From Candidatus Xenobia bacterium (GTDB taxonomy: Bacteria; Vulcanimicrobiota; Xenobia; Xenobiales; QWHO01), in contig BTUM01000037.1 of assembly GCA_045863235.1 (NCBI GenBank), forward strand, positions 1-64,000: a stretch of DNA of 64,000 nucleotides, read 5' to 3'. The notes beneath the pieces were generated by a model, which worked only from the letters and a program-made list of their open reading frames with translations, ran no database searches and was not told where the DNA came from. Below, piece after piece: positions 45,807 to 56,167 of the stretch; position 1 is the stretch's first letter, and each line of letters begins with the position of its first letter. Made by a program: the position numbers and the translations under genes.

Positions 45807-46343
45807 TCAGCGGATGACCTTGCAGCCCTGCCACTCGGAATGGTTGGGGGTGACCTCCTGGCCAGCCAGCAGTTGCTGCAAAGCCTTGCGGGCCAGCCCC
45901 TCCTCCTTGTCGCCGAAGCGGCCCAGGTAGCGCAGGCGACCCTGGGCGTCCACGATCAGAGTGGTCGTTGTGGTGTTGATCTTGTAGTTCTCGACGACTT
46001 TGCCGTGCTTGTCCAGGAAGACCGGAAACTTGAGCGAGTTGCGGTCCAGGGTGCGCTGGATGGACTCGGCGGTGTCCGGCCTGTTGGCATCCAGAGCCAG
46101 CACCACGGCCTTGCCGCGCATCTCCTCGGCCAGGCGGTCGATCTCGGCTTCCACCTCGCGGCAGCTGGGGCAGGTGGCGCACCAGACCACCATCACCAGC
46201 GGCTTACCGGGAGAGAGCTGGCGCAGGGTGCGGGCTTCGCCCTGCGGAGTGTAGAGGGTGAAGTTGGGCACCGGCTGGCCCACGGGCGAGGCGGCCCAGG
46301 CCAGGCCGCAGAGCAATCCAAGCATCGTCAATGTTCTTCGCAT
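45807..46343 (-). CDS. Exported thioredoxin-like redoxin (TlpA/AhpC-TSA fold)
   Basis: Signal peptide, PNFTL, WCATCPSC, YLGRF. Confidence 0.88.
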   Translation of the reverse strand: MRRTLTMLGLLCGLAWAASPVGQPVPNFTLYTPQGEARTLRQLSPGKPLVMVVWCATCPSCREVEAEIDRLAEEMRGKAVVLALDANRPDTAESIQRTLDRNSLKFPVFLDKHGKVVENYKINTTTTTLIVDAQGRLRYLGRFGDKEEGLARKALQQLLAGQEVTPNHSEWQGCKVIR

Positions 46344-46355
46344 GGGGGCCGCAGG

Positions 46356-46387
46356 TTCTGCGCAGGGGAAGCCCGTCCCTGCACGAA
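46356..46387. promoter_or_regulatory. Overlapping divergent sigmaH-like promoters
   Basis: Minus strand AGGG-N17-AGAA (46380-46356) and plus strand AGGG-N16-CGAA (46364-46387). Confidence 0.6.
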
Positions 46388-46398
46388 TCGAGCCGCTC

Positions 46399-47778
46399 AT
46401 GAAAGTGAGAGAACTCGAGAATCTAGGCGTTCACGGCAAGAAGGCCATCAAGGCAGCTCTGGATCTGCTTCCCAAAGCTCGCCTCAAGCACTCCGAGCTG
46501 CGCGACAAGATCGGCTCACTGGTGCACGATCCCTCGGCCTATCTCGACGACCCGGTGTTCGGCGAGCTGGCCAGAGCCGTGCTGGCTGGCGACGAGGGCT
46601 TCCAGGAGCGGGCTCAGCGAGCTCCCTGGAAGCAGTGGGGCAAGGATCTCGATCCGGCGTCGATCGAGCAGATGGTGCAGGCAACGCGCCTGCCCGTGGC
46701 CGTGGCCGGAGCCCTGATGCCCGACGCCCACGTGGGCTACGGCCTGCCCATCGGCGGGGTGCTGGCCACGGACCGATCCGTCATCCCCTATGCCGTGGGC
46801 GTCGACATCGCCTGTCGCATGCGCTTGTCGGTGCTCGATCTGCCCGTGGAGGCGCTGGAGAAGGACCGCAGCCGCCTCATTCGGGCCCTCGAGAACGAGA
46901 CCCGCTTCGGGGTGGGCGCCGAGTTCAAGAAGCCGCGCGAGCATCCCGTGATGCAGGAAGATTGGACGGTCACGCCCCTGACCCACAAGCTCAAGCGCAA
47001 GGCTCACAACCAGCTGGGCACCAGCGGCTCGGGCAACCACTTCGTCGAGTACGGCATCCTGACGCTGGATCATCCCGATCTGGGCCTGACGCCGGGCAAG
47101 TACCTGGCGCTCTTGTCTCACAGCGGCAGCCGCGGCTCGGGAGCCGAGGTGGCCGCCTTCTACTCCAAGCTGGCCAAAGATTTGCATCCCGAGCTGCCGC
47201 CCGAGCTGGCCCGCCTGGCATGGCTTGATCTCGACGACGAGTCGGGCCAGGAGTACTGGGCTGCCATGGAGCTCATGGGCAAATACGCCGCCGCCAACCA
47301 CGAGGTGATCCACCGCGAGATCGCCCGGGCTCTGGGCGTGCGGGCTCTGGCCAGCATCGAGAACCACCACAATTTCGCCTGGAAAGAAGAGCACCACGGC
47401 AAGCTCGTGGTCGTGCACCGCAAGGGAGCCACCCCGGCCGGCAAAGGCGTGCTGGGCGTGATCCCCGGCTCGATGGCATCCCCCGCTTTCGTGGTGCGCG
47501 GCAAGGGCAACAAAGAGTCGCTCTTGTCGGCCTCGCACGGTGCCGGGCGGGTGATGTCGCGCACCCAGGCCCTCAAGACCTTCAACTGGAAGGACGTGCA
47601 GCGTTACCTGGACGAGAAGGGCGTCACGCTGATCTCGGCCGGGCTCGACGAGGTGCCCATGGTCTACAAGGACATCCACGAGGTGATGGCCAGCCAGGAA
47701 GACCTGGTGGAGCGGGTCGCTCGCTTTCAGCCCAAGCTGGTCAAGATGGCCCCCGCCGGCGAGCGACCTGAGGATTAG
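46399..47778 (+). CDS. rtcB: RtcB-family RNA ligase
   Basis: MPDAHVGYGLPIGG, VGVDIACRM, GTSGSGNHFVE, HSGSRG, HHN, HRKGATPA, SHGAGR, DEVPMVYK. Confidence 0.95.
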   Translation: MKVRELENLGVHGKKAIKAALDLLPKARLKHSELRDKIGSLVHDPSAYLDDPVFGELARAVLAGDEGFQERAQRAPWKQWGKDLDPASIEQMVQATRLPVAVAGALMPDAHVGYGLPIGGVLATDRSVIPYAVGVDIACRMRLSVLDLPVEALEKDRSRLIRALENETRFGVGAEFKKPREHPVMQEDWTVTPLTHKLKRKAHNQLGTSGSGNHFVEYGILTLDHPDLGLTPGKYLALLSHSGSRGSGAEVAAFYSKLAKDLHPELPPELARLAWLDLDDESGQEYWAAMELMGKYAAANHEVIHREIARALGVRALASIENHHNFAWKEEHHGKLVVVHRKGATPAGKGVLGVIPGSMASPAFVVRGKGNKESLLSASHGAGRVMSRTQALKTFNWKDVQRYLDEKGVTLISAGLDEVPMVYKDIHEVMASQEDLVERVARFQPKLVKMAPAGERPED

Positions 47779-47779
47779 G

Positions 47780-50700
47780 TCAGAACCTGGGTAAGGTCAC
47801 GCGCACACGCACCGGGGTATCCGGCACCCCTACCTCCACGTGCGGAGGCGGAGGCGGCGGAGGATAGTAGACGGGCGGCGGCGGGTTGTAAGGCGCTGGA
47901 GCCGGCGGCACGTAGCGCGGCGGCGCCGGCGCCGGCCGATAGCCCGAGCTAGGCCGGCTCGGCGGGTAGTAGGGCTCCGGCTCATAGTACTGTCTCGGAG
48001 GCGGAGGAGGGGGTGGAGGCGGGGGGAGCTTGGCGAGCGTGAAGCTCAGATTGCTGGTCTTCCCGGCCACCACGTCCAGGGTTCCTCTGTAATCCTTGTA
48101 GCCCTTCTTGACCATTTTGAGCGAGAGCTTCTTGGGCGGCAGGCCCTTCAGCTCGAGCGGCGTCACTCCGCGCTCTTTCCCTTCCACGAACACCTTGGCG
48201 CCCTTGGGATTGCTGCCCAGCACAACCGCTCCCGAGGCGGGCTCGAGCTTTGCCACCAGCTTGAAGGTCTGGCCGGCCTTCAACTGTACTGTTTCCTCGT
48301 GGGCCTTGAACCCTTGCTGGTGCACTTTGACCTTGTAGTCGCCAGGCTTGAGCTCGAGCGAGCAGGGCGCCACGTGGCGGGCCTTGCCGATCAGCACCGT
48401 GGCCCCGGGAGGATCGGAGGCGACCTCGATCATGCCCAGGCGGGGCCGCATGAGGTAGATGCCCAGCACCACCAGAGCCGCCAGCACAGTCGCGGCGCCA
48501 ATCCAGGGCAGAACCTTGCGAGCTCCGGTCGTGATCACCGTGGTGACCGCCGAGCCCGAAAGCGAGCCGGCCAGATTGGGCATCGGACGGGTAGCGGCCG
48601 GAGCCGCTGCAGGCTTCTCGCGCTCGCGCAGCCCACGCGCGATGGTGCGGAAGCGATCGGCCTCGGCCTGGCTCAAACCGGGATACTCGGCTCTTGCGCC
48701 CAGCTCATGCAGGCGGGCGAAGGCTTCCAGCATGCGGGCCTGCAGCACCCGGTGGTTGGAAGGCACCAGCCCGCGTGCCTCCTGCAGTGCCTCCTGGGCG
48801 CTCTTCCAGCGCTGCTTGTCCACGCTGACCTCGCCCAGTGCCACCAGGGCCAGCCCCAGCGCCTCCAGCGAGCCGGCCCGACGGGCTTCCTGGACAGCCC
48901 GCTCGGCCGCCTCCAGACTATCCTCCCCTGCTCCACCCTGCCGGTGGGCCGAGGATAGCTCGGCCAGCGTCTCGGCCAGCAATTGGCGGCTGGCCGAAGA
49001 TTCGGCCAGCCGCGCGGCCTCTTTGAGCGAGTCCACGGCCGGGCCGGACTTGCCACCCTCGAGCTGGAATCGCCCCAGACTGAGCCGTGCCCGCGCCTGG
49101 GCCTCGGCCTCAGCGGTCACGTCGCTGACTTGCACGCTCTCGATGAAGAGTTTCTCGGCCTCGCGAGGCTGGCCCTGAGCCTGGCGCACCCGCCCGAGCT
49201 GGTCCAGGGCTTCCGCCAGGGCGGCGCTCTCACCGCCCGGACGCAAGAGCGCGGTGGCCTGCTCGCAGGCAGCGGCCGCGCCGGTCAGGTCCCCCTCGGT
49301 CTGCAGTTGGGCGGCCAGCCGCAAACGCACCCGGGCCTCGCGCTCCGCGTGGCCCGACTCGGCAGCCAGGGCGGCGGCGTCCTGCAGCCGCTCGCGGGCC
49401 GCCTGACCGCGCCCCTGGGCTTGCAGCGCCTCGGCCTGCAGCTCCAGGGCCTCCACCCGCAGCTCGGCTCGCTCCAGCAAGGGCGCCACCGTGGTGCTGG
49501 CCCGGGCGCCATCGCCCTGGGCCAGGTAGAGCCGACCCAGTTTGAGCCGTTCCTCCAGGGCGACACCGGGGAGGGCCTGCTCGAAGGCCGCGATGGCCTC
49601 GGCCCGGTTCCCCTGGTGGGCCAGCACCGTGGCCAGGCGCAGGTCGAAGCCCGCCTTCTCGGCCGTGCCGGCCTGTTTGCACAGGGTGAAGGCATCCTCC
49701 CATTGCTGGCGGGCGATGCGCAGGTCGACCAGGGCCAGCTGGGCGGCCGGCGAGCTCTCTGATTGCAACTGGCGCTCGGCATCCTCCAGCCGCCCCATGG
49801 CCATCAGGGTCCGAGAGCGTTCCACCCCAACCGGCTGACCACATGTGGCGGCCGCCTCCCACAGCTCCAGGGCCTCAGCATACAACCCCTGCTCGTGGGC
49901 TGCCCGGGCGCCTTCCAGCAGGAGCGGGGCCGCCTCGTCGTTCTGGCCGGCCAGGGCCAGCTGGCGCCCCCGCTGGCCCGAGTTGCCTCCCAGCTCTTGC
50001 AGGGCCTCGGCTGCGCGGGCGTGCATGCGACGGCGGATGCGATCGGAAAGACTGGCGGCCAGACGCTGGCGCACGCCCTGCGGGCCCACCCGGAAGCGCT
50101 CCTTGCGCCCCTCCTCGAGCAGGCCGCTGTCTTGCAGCAGTTGGGCCGCCTGGTCGCACTTCTCCTCGCTCAGTCCGCTGGCTCGGGCCAGCAGCTCGAA
50201 CGCGAAAGGCTCTTCCAGCAGACAGGCGGTGCGCATCAGGGTGCGCGGATCTTCCGGCAGGGACTCGATGGCGGTGAGCAGCGCCTCGTTGAGGTTGGCC
50301 GGCAAACGTGCCGGGTCGACGGCCTCGACGCGCCCGTCGCGGCGCTCGATCAGGTCGCCCGAACGGAGCGTGAAGAGCAGCAGCTTGAGCAGGCGGGGCG
50401 AGCCGCCGGTACGGGGGACGAGCCACTCCTCCAGCGTTCGCCCTGGCTCGGCCTTCAGCTCGAGCCGCGCCAGGGCGGCCAGGTCGGCGTTCGCCAGGGC
50501 CATCATCTCCACCCGGGCGCAACCAGGGCCGTGAGGGAAACCGTAAGCCTGAGCCTGGGTGGCCGAGAGGATCCACCCCGAGCCGGCTGGCGGAGTGAGC
50601 CGTGCCAGGCGCTCGAGGGTATCCTGGGTGAGCGAGTCGAGCCGCTCGAAGTCGTCGGCCAGCAACACGGTTTTGGGGCCCAGGCCGCGCCGCAGGGCAG

Positions 50701-51805
50701 CGGCCAGGCTGGCCGGCTCGGTGGGACGCTCGGCCCGCTGGCCCAGCGAGGTCAGAAGATGGGCGATCGTGTCGCCCGGCCCCAACTCGTGCACGGTCAT
50801 CCCCTGGGCGCGCAGATGCACCCCCAGCTCGCGCAAGAGCCGGCTTCGACCCACCTCGGAAGGCGCCAGGAGGAGCACTCCGATGGGCTTGCCCTCGAGA
50901 CAGAGGCCAGACAGGCGCTCGAGGTCCTCACCTCGGCCTTGCAGCGAGTGAGCGGCTCCCCCGCCTTTCATGGAGAGCTCGCTCAGGCAGGCCTGCAGCT
51001 CGGCCCGCACCTTGGCGGCCGTGGCGGGACGAAGGTCGGGATTCTTCTCGAGCAAGCGAGCCAGCAGTGAATCCAGCCCGCGTGGCAGGCCGGGCCGCAG
51101 GGAGCTGGCCGGGACGGGCTTTTCCTGCAGGTGGGCCCGCATCATGGCCATCTGGTTGTCGGCAGTGAAGGGATGCCGGCCGGTCACCGCCTCGAACAGG
51201 GCCACCCCCAGCGCGTAAAGGTCTGCCCGGGGGCCCACCTCGACCGACATCAGCTGTTCGGGCGCAAGATAGGAGCAGGTGCCTACGATGGCGCCGTTCT
51301 GGGTGATCTGGCTGCGTCCCTCGAGTCGCTTGGCCAAACCCAGGTCGGCCAGCTTGGGCACCCCCTCGGGCGAGATCAAAACGTTGGCCGGCTTGATGTC
51401 ACGGTGCACGAGGCCGCGGTTGTGGATATGCTCGAGCCCGTCGCAGACGCCCAGGAACATGGTCAAAATCTCGGTCAGCGGCTTGTTGGCGCGCAAGAAG
51501 TCGGCCAGGCTGCCGCCTCCCACGAACTCCATCTCGATGTACTCTCGGCCTTCGAATTCGCCCAACGAGTAAAAATCGACGATGTTGGGATGGAAAACCG
51601 CCGCCAGGTCGGAGGCCTCACGGCGGAAGCGCTTGAGGGCGTTCTCGTCGTCGGTGGGAGGCAGGAACTTGATGGCCACCGCCCGCTTGGCGCTGGTGTC
51701 GAAGGCGTGGTACACAACGGCCATGCCGCCCCGGCCCAGCTCGCCCAGGACCTGGTAACGAGGAGGAAGACCCGGAGCTTTATTGTCGTAGATCTCTGTC
51801 AGCAT
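47780..51805 (-). CDS. Ser/Thr kinase - degenerate STAND ATPase - TPR - TM - PEGA fusion protein
   Basis: HRDIKPAN, DLG; GR..DL, APSEVGRS, LLADD, TGGSP; TPR array; TM; two PEGA-like domains; poly-Pro tail. Confidence 0.88.
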   Translation of the reverse strand: MLTEIYDNKAPGLPPRYQVLGELGRGGMAVVYHAFDTSAKRAVAIKFLPPTDDENALKRFRREASDLAAVFHPNIVDFYSLGEFEGREYIEMEFVGGGSLADFLRANKPLTEILTMFLGVCDGLEHIHNRGLVHRDIKPANVLISPEGVPKLADLGLAKRLEGRSQITQNGAIVGTCSYLAPEQLMSVEVGPRADLYALGVALFEAVTGRHPFTADNQMAMMRAHLQEKPVPASSLRPGLPRGLDSLLARLLEKNPDLRPATAAKVRAELQACLSELSMKGGGAAHSLQGRGEDLERLSGLCLEGKPIGVLLLAPSEVGRSRLLRELGVHLRAQGMTVHELGPGDTIAHLLTSLGQRAERPTEPASLAAALRRGLGPKTVLLADDFERLDSLTQDTLERLARLTPPAGSGWILSATQAQAYGFPHGPGCARVEMMALANADLAALARLELKAEPGRTLEEWLVPRTGGSPRLLKLLLFTLRSGDLIERRDGRVEAVDPARLPANLNEALLTAIESLPEDPRTLMRTACLLEEPFAFELLARASGLSEEKCDQAAQLLQDSGLLEEGRKERFRVGPQGVRQRLAASLSDRIRRRMHARAAEALQELGGNSGQRGRQLALAGQNDEAAPLLLEGARAAHEQGLYAEALELWEAAATCGQPVGVERSRTLMAMGRLEDAERQLQSESSPAAQLALVDLRIARQQWEDAFTLCKQAGTAEKAGFDLRLATVLAHQGNRAEAIAAFEQALPGVALEERLKLGRLYLAQGDGARASTTVAPLLERAELRVEALELQAEALQAQGRGQAARERLQDAAALAAESGHAEREARVRLRLAAQLQTEGDLTGAAAACEQATALLRPGGESAALAEALDQLGRVRQAQGQPREAEKLFIESVQVSDVTAEAEAQARARLSLGRFQLEGGKSGPAVDSLKEAARLAESSASRQLLAETLAELSSAHRQGGAGEDSLEAAERAVQEARRAGSLEALGLALVALGEVSVDKQRWKSAQEALQEARGLVPSNHRVLQARMLEAFARLHELGARAEYPGLSQAEADRFRTIARGLREREKPAAAPAATRPMPNLAGSLSGSAVTTVITTGARKVLPWIGAATVLAALVVLGIYLMRPRLGMIEVASDPPGATVLIGKARHVAPCSLELKPGDYKVKVHQQGFKAHEETVQLKAGQTFKLVAKLEPASGAVVLGSNPKGAKVFVEGKERGVTPLELKGLPPKKLSLKMVKKGYKDYRGTLDVVAGKTSNLSFTLAKLPPPPPPPPPPRQYYEPEPYYPPSRPSSGYRPAPAPPRYVPPAPAPYNPPPPVYYPPPPPPPHVEVGVPDTPVRVRVTLPRF

Positions 51806-51866
51806 CCCCGGTCAGACTTCTGTACCCGGGAAGGCATCCCTACGCCTGGAGGGGAAGTGTTTTCCT

Positions 51867-52205
51867 ATGAATCGATGCCCCAAATGTCAGGAGCCTGTTC
51901 TGGACGTAGCGACCACCTGTCGCAAGTGCGGTGAGCCGATCGACGAGAAGACCTTCTTTTTGAGCGAAGACAGCCTGCTTCAGGAGGTACGCGAAGCCGC
52001 CAAGGAGGCCGAGCAGAAAATCGCCCGCCAGCGCAATCGCCGCAAGGTCGCCCACATGGTGCTCGTCATCGGCCTGCTCATCATGGGGGTGGGCGTCGGG
52101 TTCCTGCTGCGCGAGGCCCTGCCGATGTGGGTAGCCCTGGGAGGACTGGCCGTGACGGGGGTCGGGGCCGTTTTGCTGGCCCTGAGCCGGCGCTCTAAAG
52201 ACTGA
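51867..52205 (+). CDS. Zinc-ribbon protein with two C-terminal TM helices
   Basis: CPKC...CRKCG. Confidence 0.8.
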   Translation: MNRCPKCQEPVLDVATTCRKCGEPIDEKTFFLSEDSLLQEVREAAKEAEQKIARQRNRRKVAHMVLVIGLLIMGVGVGFLLREALPMWVALGGLAVTGVGAVLLALSRRSKD

Positions 52206-53031
52206 TTTTGCGCTCTCCCTTTTCCTCTTTGAAGGTCAACCGCAGGGTCGTGCCTCCCAGCACCAGCCGGTCGCCCTGTCGCAACACGGCGCTCTGGTCG
52301 ATCAGCCAGGCTTCCCAGTCCAGACCGTCCTGAGAGCGATACACCCTGATCGGGGGCGCCTCGGGATGGCGGAACAGGCCGTATGCCTTATCGGTCTCGC
52401 GCCAGCGCAACACCACGTGGTTGGGCTTGACGCCCGGGTCGCCCAGCTCGACCAACTGGTCGAACTGGCGCGGATTGGGCTCGGCTTGGGTGGGAGGCGG
52501 CTGGACCGAGTTGCGGCCCACGCTGAGAAAGAGACCGGTCAACTCGTGGGCGGTGCCTTGCTCGGGGCCGGCCTCCACTTCGAGGCGGAAGCCGAAGCCC
52601 ACCCGCAGCTGCAGAGTTTTGGGCGCGGGCTTGCTGGCCTCGACCGTCGCAGGCGGGGTCGGCACGGACGCGGCTTTGGGAGCCGGCTCGGGAGCCGTGG
52701 CCGGGTCGGCCACCTCGACTTCCAGGCGGATGGGGCCGATCTTGAGCACATCTCCCAGCTTCAAGGGTGACTCGGTGACCGGCTCGCCGTTGAGCCAGCT
52801 CAGATTGGTGCCCGAGCGGTGCAAGTAGACGTAGCACTTCCTGTCGTCGTCCCAGCGCAGATTGCCATGCTGGCGCGACACCGCCGGGTCGCGCAAGAAG
52901 ACCCAGCCAGGAGAGTCCTCGTCGTCGGGTCGGGCCCGTCCGATCAGGATGATCGGTGCGCGCAGATGGTAAACGTGGCCCTCACCGGGCCCTTCCACGA
53001 CCTTGAGCTGGAAGCCGGAATGCCATGACAT
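52195..53031 (-). CDS. Tandem FHA-domain protein
   Basis: IGR...VSRQH...TN...LNG...LKLGDVLKIG; second, more degenerate FHA domain. Confidence 0.88.
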   Translation of the reverse strand: MSWHSGFQLKVVEGPGEGHVYHLRAPIILIGRARPDDEDSPGWVFLRDPAVSRQHGNLRWDDDRKCYVYLHRSGTNLSWLNGEPVTESPLKLGDVLKIGPIRLEVEVADPATAPEPAPKAASVPTPPATVEASKPAPKTLQLRVGFGFRLEVEAGPEQGTAHELTGLFLSVGRNSVQPPPTQAEPNPRQFDQLVELGDPGVKPNHVVLRWRETDKAYGLFRHPEAPPIRVYRSQDGLDWEAWLIDQSAVLRQGDRLVLGGTTLRLTFKEEKGERKISL

Positions 53032-53063
53032 AGCAGGCTGCTACGCGATCGAGCACCCGGTTC

Positions 53064-54224
53064 CTATCGGAACTGGAGCGACTTCCCCTCGATCTCCTTG
53101 CCTGCGTAGCCCGACTTGAGGGTATAGCTCTTGCCGCTCGACTGGTAGACGAACTTGCCGTCTTCGGCCAGGTAGTCGCGGGCCTCACCTGGTAAAGCAG
53201 CTGGATATTTCTTGCTCCGAATGCGCTCGCGCTCGAGCCTGGCCATGACCTGAAGAGCCGACATCTCGGTCAGGGACCGGGCGAACTGGAGCTGTGCGCG
53301 GTCGAAGGCCGGATACAGGGTGGCCACCAGGAAGGCGTGCTCGTTCACGCCCAGGGCCTGCACCTCTCCCCCACCCGCCTCAAAGCTCTTCATCTTTTCG
53401 ATCGACTCACGGTCGCGCAGGTAGAGACGCTGGTAGATTCTCCGTTCGCGGGCCACGAAGCCCGGGGTCATGATCAGCAGCTGCTGCACCGAGCTCGAGG
53501 ACGAAGGGCCTACCTTGCCGCTGGCGGTAAAGTCGAGAAAGCCGACGTACTCTTCGTCGGCCCGAGCCAACCATACCGCGGGAGTGAGCTTCATCGCCAG
53601 CACGCGCCGCTCGATCTCCTGACACTCCTCATCTTTCAGCTTGCCGCTGCGGAGCAGCTCGAAGAGCGGCTCGGCGGCCGTGCGCTCGAGCCCTACCCCG
53701 ACCATCACGGTCACCACCGAGCCCTGTTGCATCACTTTGCTGGCCAGCTCGAGGTTGAGCAGCGACAGCTTGACCGCCTGCGAGGTCTTCCCCTGGCTTG
53801 CCAGGTGCCTGGCATACTCGGCCAGCGAGCCGACCAGACCGCGCAACATGACAGGATCGGGGCCCGAGTCGAGCCGGTCTCGCTCGACCTTGAAGACAAA
53901 GTCCGGCTTGGCCAACTCCTTCTCTAGCTCCGGCAGCCCGGCCTCGAAGGCTTTGAAGTCGGCTGGCTTGCGCTTCTTGACGTCGGCCAGGGCGGTGCAG
54001 CGCGCCACCACCTTGGGGTCCTTCAGGTAGAGCGCGCCGTTGGTCGCCGCTTGATCCACCCGCTGGTTGCGCTCGTCGATGGAGGCTGCCGAGCGCTCGA
54101 AGATCTGCTGGGCCAGAGCCGGATCGGCCACTTTGTAGCTCAGGAACCAGAGCTGCAACCCGGCCAAGAGCAACAAGACCAGCACCAGCGGAATGAACAG
54201 CAAAATCAGGATTCGCTTGGACAC
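53064..54224 (-). CDS. Membrane-anchored helical protein with pseudopilin-like C-terminus
   Basis: N-terminal TM; YPAAL...FVY...YTLKSG tail; GGAGG before GTG. Confidence 0.75.
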   Translation of the reverse strand: MSKRILILLFIPLVLVLLLLAGLQLWFLSYKVADPALAQQIFERSAASIDERNQRVDQAATNGALYLKDPKVVARCTALADVKKRKPADFKAFEAGLPELEKELAKPDFVFKVERDRLDSGPDPVMLRGLVGSLAEYARHLASQGKTSQAVKLSLLNLELASKVMQQGSVVTVMVGVGLERTAAEPLFELLRSGKLKDEECQEIERRVLAMKLTPAVWLARADEEYVGFLDFTASGKVGPSSSSSVQQLLIMTPGFVARERRIYQRLYLRDRESIEKMKSFEAGGGEVQALGVNEHAFLVATLYPAFDRAQLQFARSLTEMSALQVMARLERERIRSKKYPAALPGEARDYLAEDGKFVYQSSGKSYTLKSGYAGKEIEGKSLQFR

Positions 54225-54274
54225 GGCAGCACCTCCCGGGTGCTGAAGGATTCTCAAGGGAGGCCGAATTCCCT

Positions 54275-56113
54275 TCAGGCCCCCTGCTCGTAGTCGGTGG
54301 GTCTGGCGGGGGGCAGGGCGGTCCGCAAGGCGTTCAGGACGGCGGCCAGATCGATGACCTCCTGAGTCAGCGCGCCGGCCACCGGAGGCAGATATCCCAG
54401 CGAGGCGGCCAGCATACCCAGGATCGAGAGAGCCATACCTCCGACTGCGCTCTGCAGCGCAACCGCGCGGAGATTGCTGCTGATGTGAAGAAATTCGTCC
54501 ACTTTGACCAGGGAGCCATCTAGAATGACGGCGCCGGCTGCCTCCTCGGTGATGTCGGAGGCTTGCCCGATGGCGATTCCCACGGTTGCGGCCATCAAGG
54601 CCGGACCATCATTGATCCCGTCACCCAGGTACACCGTGCGTGCCTTGCTGGTTTCTTCCCGAACGATGGCCAGCTTCTGCTCCGGGCTCTGCCCGGCGTA
54701 GACTTCCGCCACGCCGACTTGCTCGGCCAGGTAGCGCACCTCCTCCTCGCGGTCACCGCTCACAATGAGGCTGCGCTTGATGTGGTGACGCGGACCCAGA
54801 TGCTGGACGAACAGCCTGCTCTCATCTCGAGGTTTGTCACGAAAGCGGTAGTGGGCAGCCAGCTTGTCGTCCACCATCACCACGCACTCCAGGCCCGCTC
54901 CCGGGGGTAACTCGGCCTGGAACCTGGCCGCCACCTTCCGGTTGGTCACCTGCAGTTTGTGCCCCTCGATCTCGCCGATCAGACCCTGACCGGGTGGCTC
55001 ACTGATCAAGCTGGCCTCGGACAGGGGAAGATTCTCAGCCCTGGCCTGGCCGACGATCGCCCCCGCCAGGGGGTGACGCGAGTACCGCTCGAGGCAGGCA
55101 ACCAGGCGCAACACCTCACGAGCCTCGAAACCGTTGAACATCGTCTGATCGGTCAGAGCGGGTTGCCCATAGGTCAGAGTACCGGTCTTGTCCATGATCA
55201 TCGTCTCAACCAGATCGAGTTGCTCCATGACGGCTGGATTGCGCACGATGATCCCGCGCCGGGCCGCTCGCGAGATGGAGCCGATGATGGCGACTGGAAT
55301 CGCAATCAAGAGAGGGCAGGGGGTCGCCACTACCAGCACGGCCAGAAACCGGACGGGCTCACCCGACAGGCCCCAACTGGCCAGAGCGATGGCAACTGCC
55401 AGCGGAGTGTAATAGGCGCCCAGCTGATCGCCCAGGCGCCGAAGCCGGGGACGGCGTTGCTCCGACTCCTTCATCACCTCCATGATGCGGGCGTAGCGTG
55501 AATCCACCGCCCGGTGGGTGGCCTGGATGATCAGCATGAAATCCCCGTTGACGGCGCCCGACAGCACTTTTGAGCCCGGGGTCTTCGGATTGAGGAACGG
55601 CTCGCCGGTCAGGTAGGCCTCGTCCATCTGGCCGCGGCCCTCAATGACCTCACCGTCTACCGGGCAGATCTCGTGGGGATGCACAGCCAGCAGGTCGCCG
55701 ACCTGGATGTCGGCGACCTGGATGTCGCGCAACTCGGTTCCTTCCCGCCGATGGGCGATGGTCGGCATGCGACGAGCCAGCGCGTCGAGTACGGCTGAAG
55801 CGCGTGCCACGGCAAAGCTCTCCAGGGCCTCCCCGCCGCTGAGCATCAAGACCACGATGCTCCCGGCCAGGTATTCCCCCAGGACGACCGAGGTGAGAAT
55901 GGAGATCCCGGCCAGGAGGTCGCTGCCGAACTCCCTCCTCATCGCCTTCCCGAGGAGTTCCCAGACCAGGGGAGTCCCTCCCAGCGTCAGGACCAGCCAC
56001 AGGGGCACGTTCAGCCAGGGAACAGGGACTTTGGACAACCACATAATGGTGTAGCTGGTCAGGCCCGTCAGGGCCAGACCGGCGATCAGAAGTCCCGGGT
56101 CGATGCGTCTCAA
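54275..56113 (-). CDS. Heavy-metal P-type ATPase, P1B-5 subgroup, without hemerythrin domain
   Basis: TGE, TPCP, DKTGT, HP, GDGIND, QEVID. Confidence 0.9.
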   Translation of the reverse strand: MRRIDPGLLIAGLALTGLTSYTIMWLSKVPVPWLNVPLWLVLTLGGTPLVWELLGKAMRREFGSDLLAGISILTSVVLGEYLAGSIVVLMLSGGEALESFAVARASAVLDALARRMPTIAHRREGTELRDIQVADIQVGDLLAVHPHEICPVDGEVIEGRGQMDEAYLTGEPFLNPKTPGSKVLSGAVNGDFMLIIQATHRAVDSRYARIMEVMKESEQRRPRLRRLGDQLGAYYTPLAVAIALASWGLSGEPVRFLAVLVVATPCPLLIAIPVAIIGSISRAARRGIIVRNPAVMEQLDLVETMIMDKTGTLTYGQPALTDQTMFNGFEAREVLRLVACLERYSRHPLAGAIVGQARAENLPLSEASLISEPPGQGLIGEIEGHKLQVTNRKVAARFQAELPPGAGLECVVMVDDKLAAHYRFRDKPRDESRLFVQHLGPRHHIKRSLIVSGDREEEVRYLAEQVGVAEVYAGQSPEQKLAIVREETSKARTVYLGDGINDGPALMAATVGIAIGQASDITEEAAGAVILDGSLVKVDEFLHISSNLRAVALQSAVGGMALSILGMLAASLGYLPPVAGALTQEVIDLAAVLNALRTALPPARPTDYEQGA

Positions 56114-56167
56114 GCGCCTGAGCTTACCACGCCTCAGAAGGGCTCGGAACTGATCCCGGTCAGCCGC

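Noticed and set aside
46399..47778. rtcB as part of an Rtc/Ro-Y RNA repair operon
   Set aside because: No rtcA, rtcR, TROVE gene or RNA gene is adjacent; it appears monocistronic.
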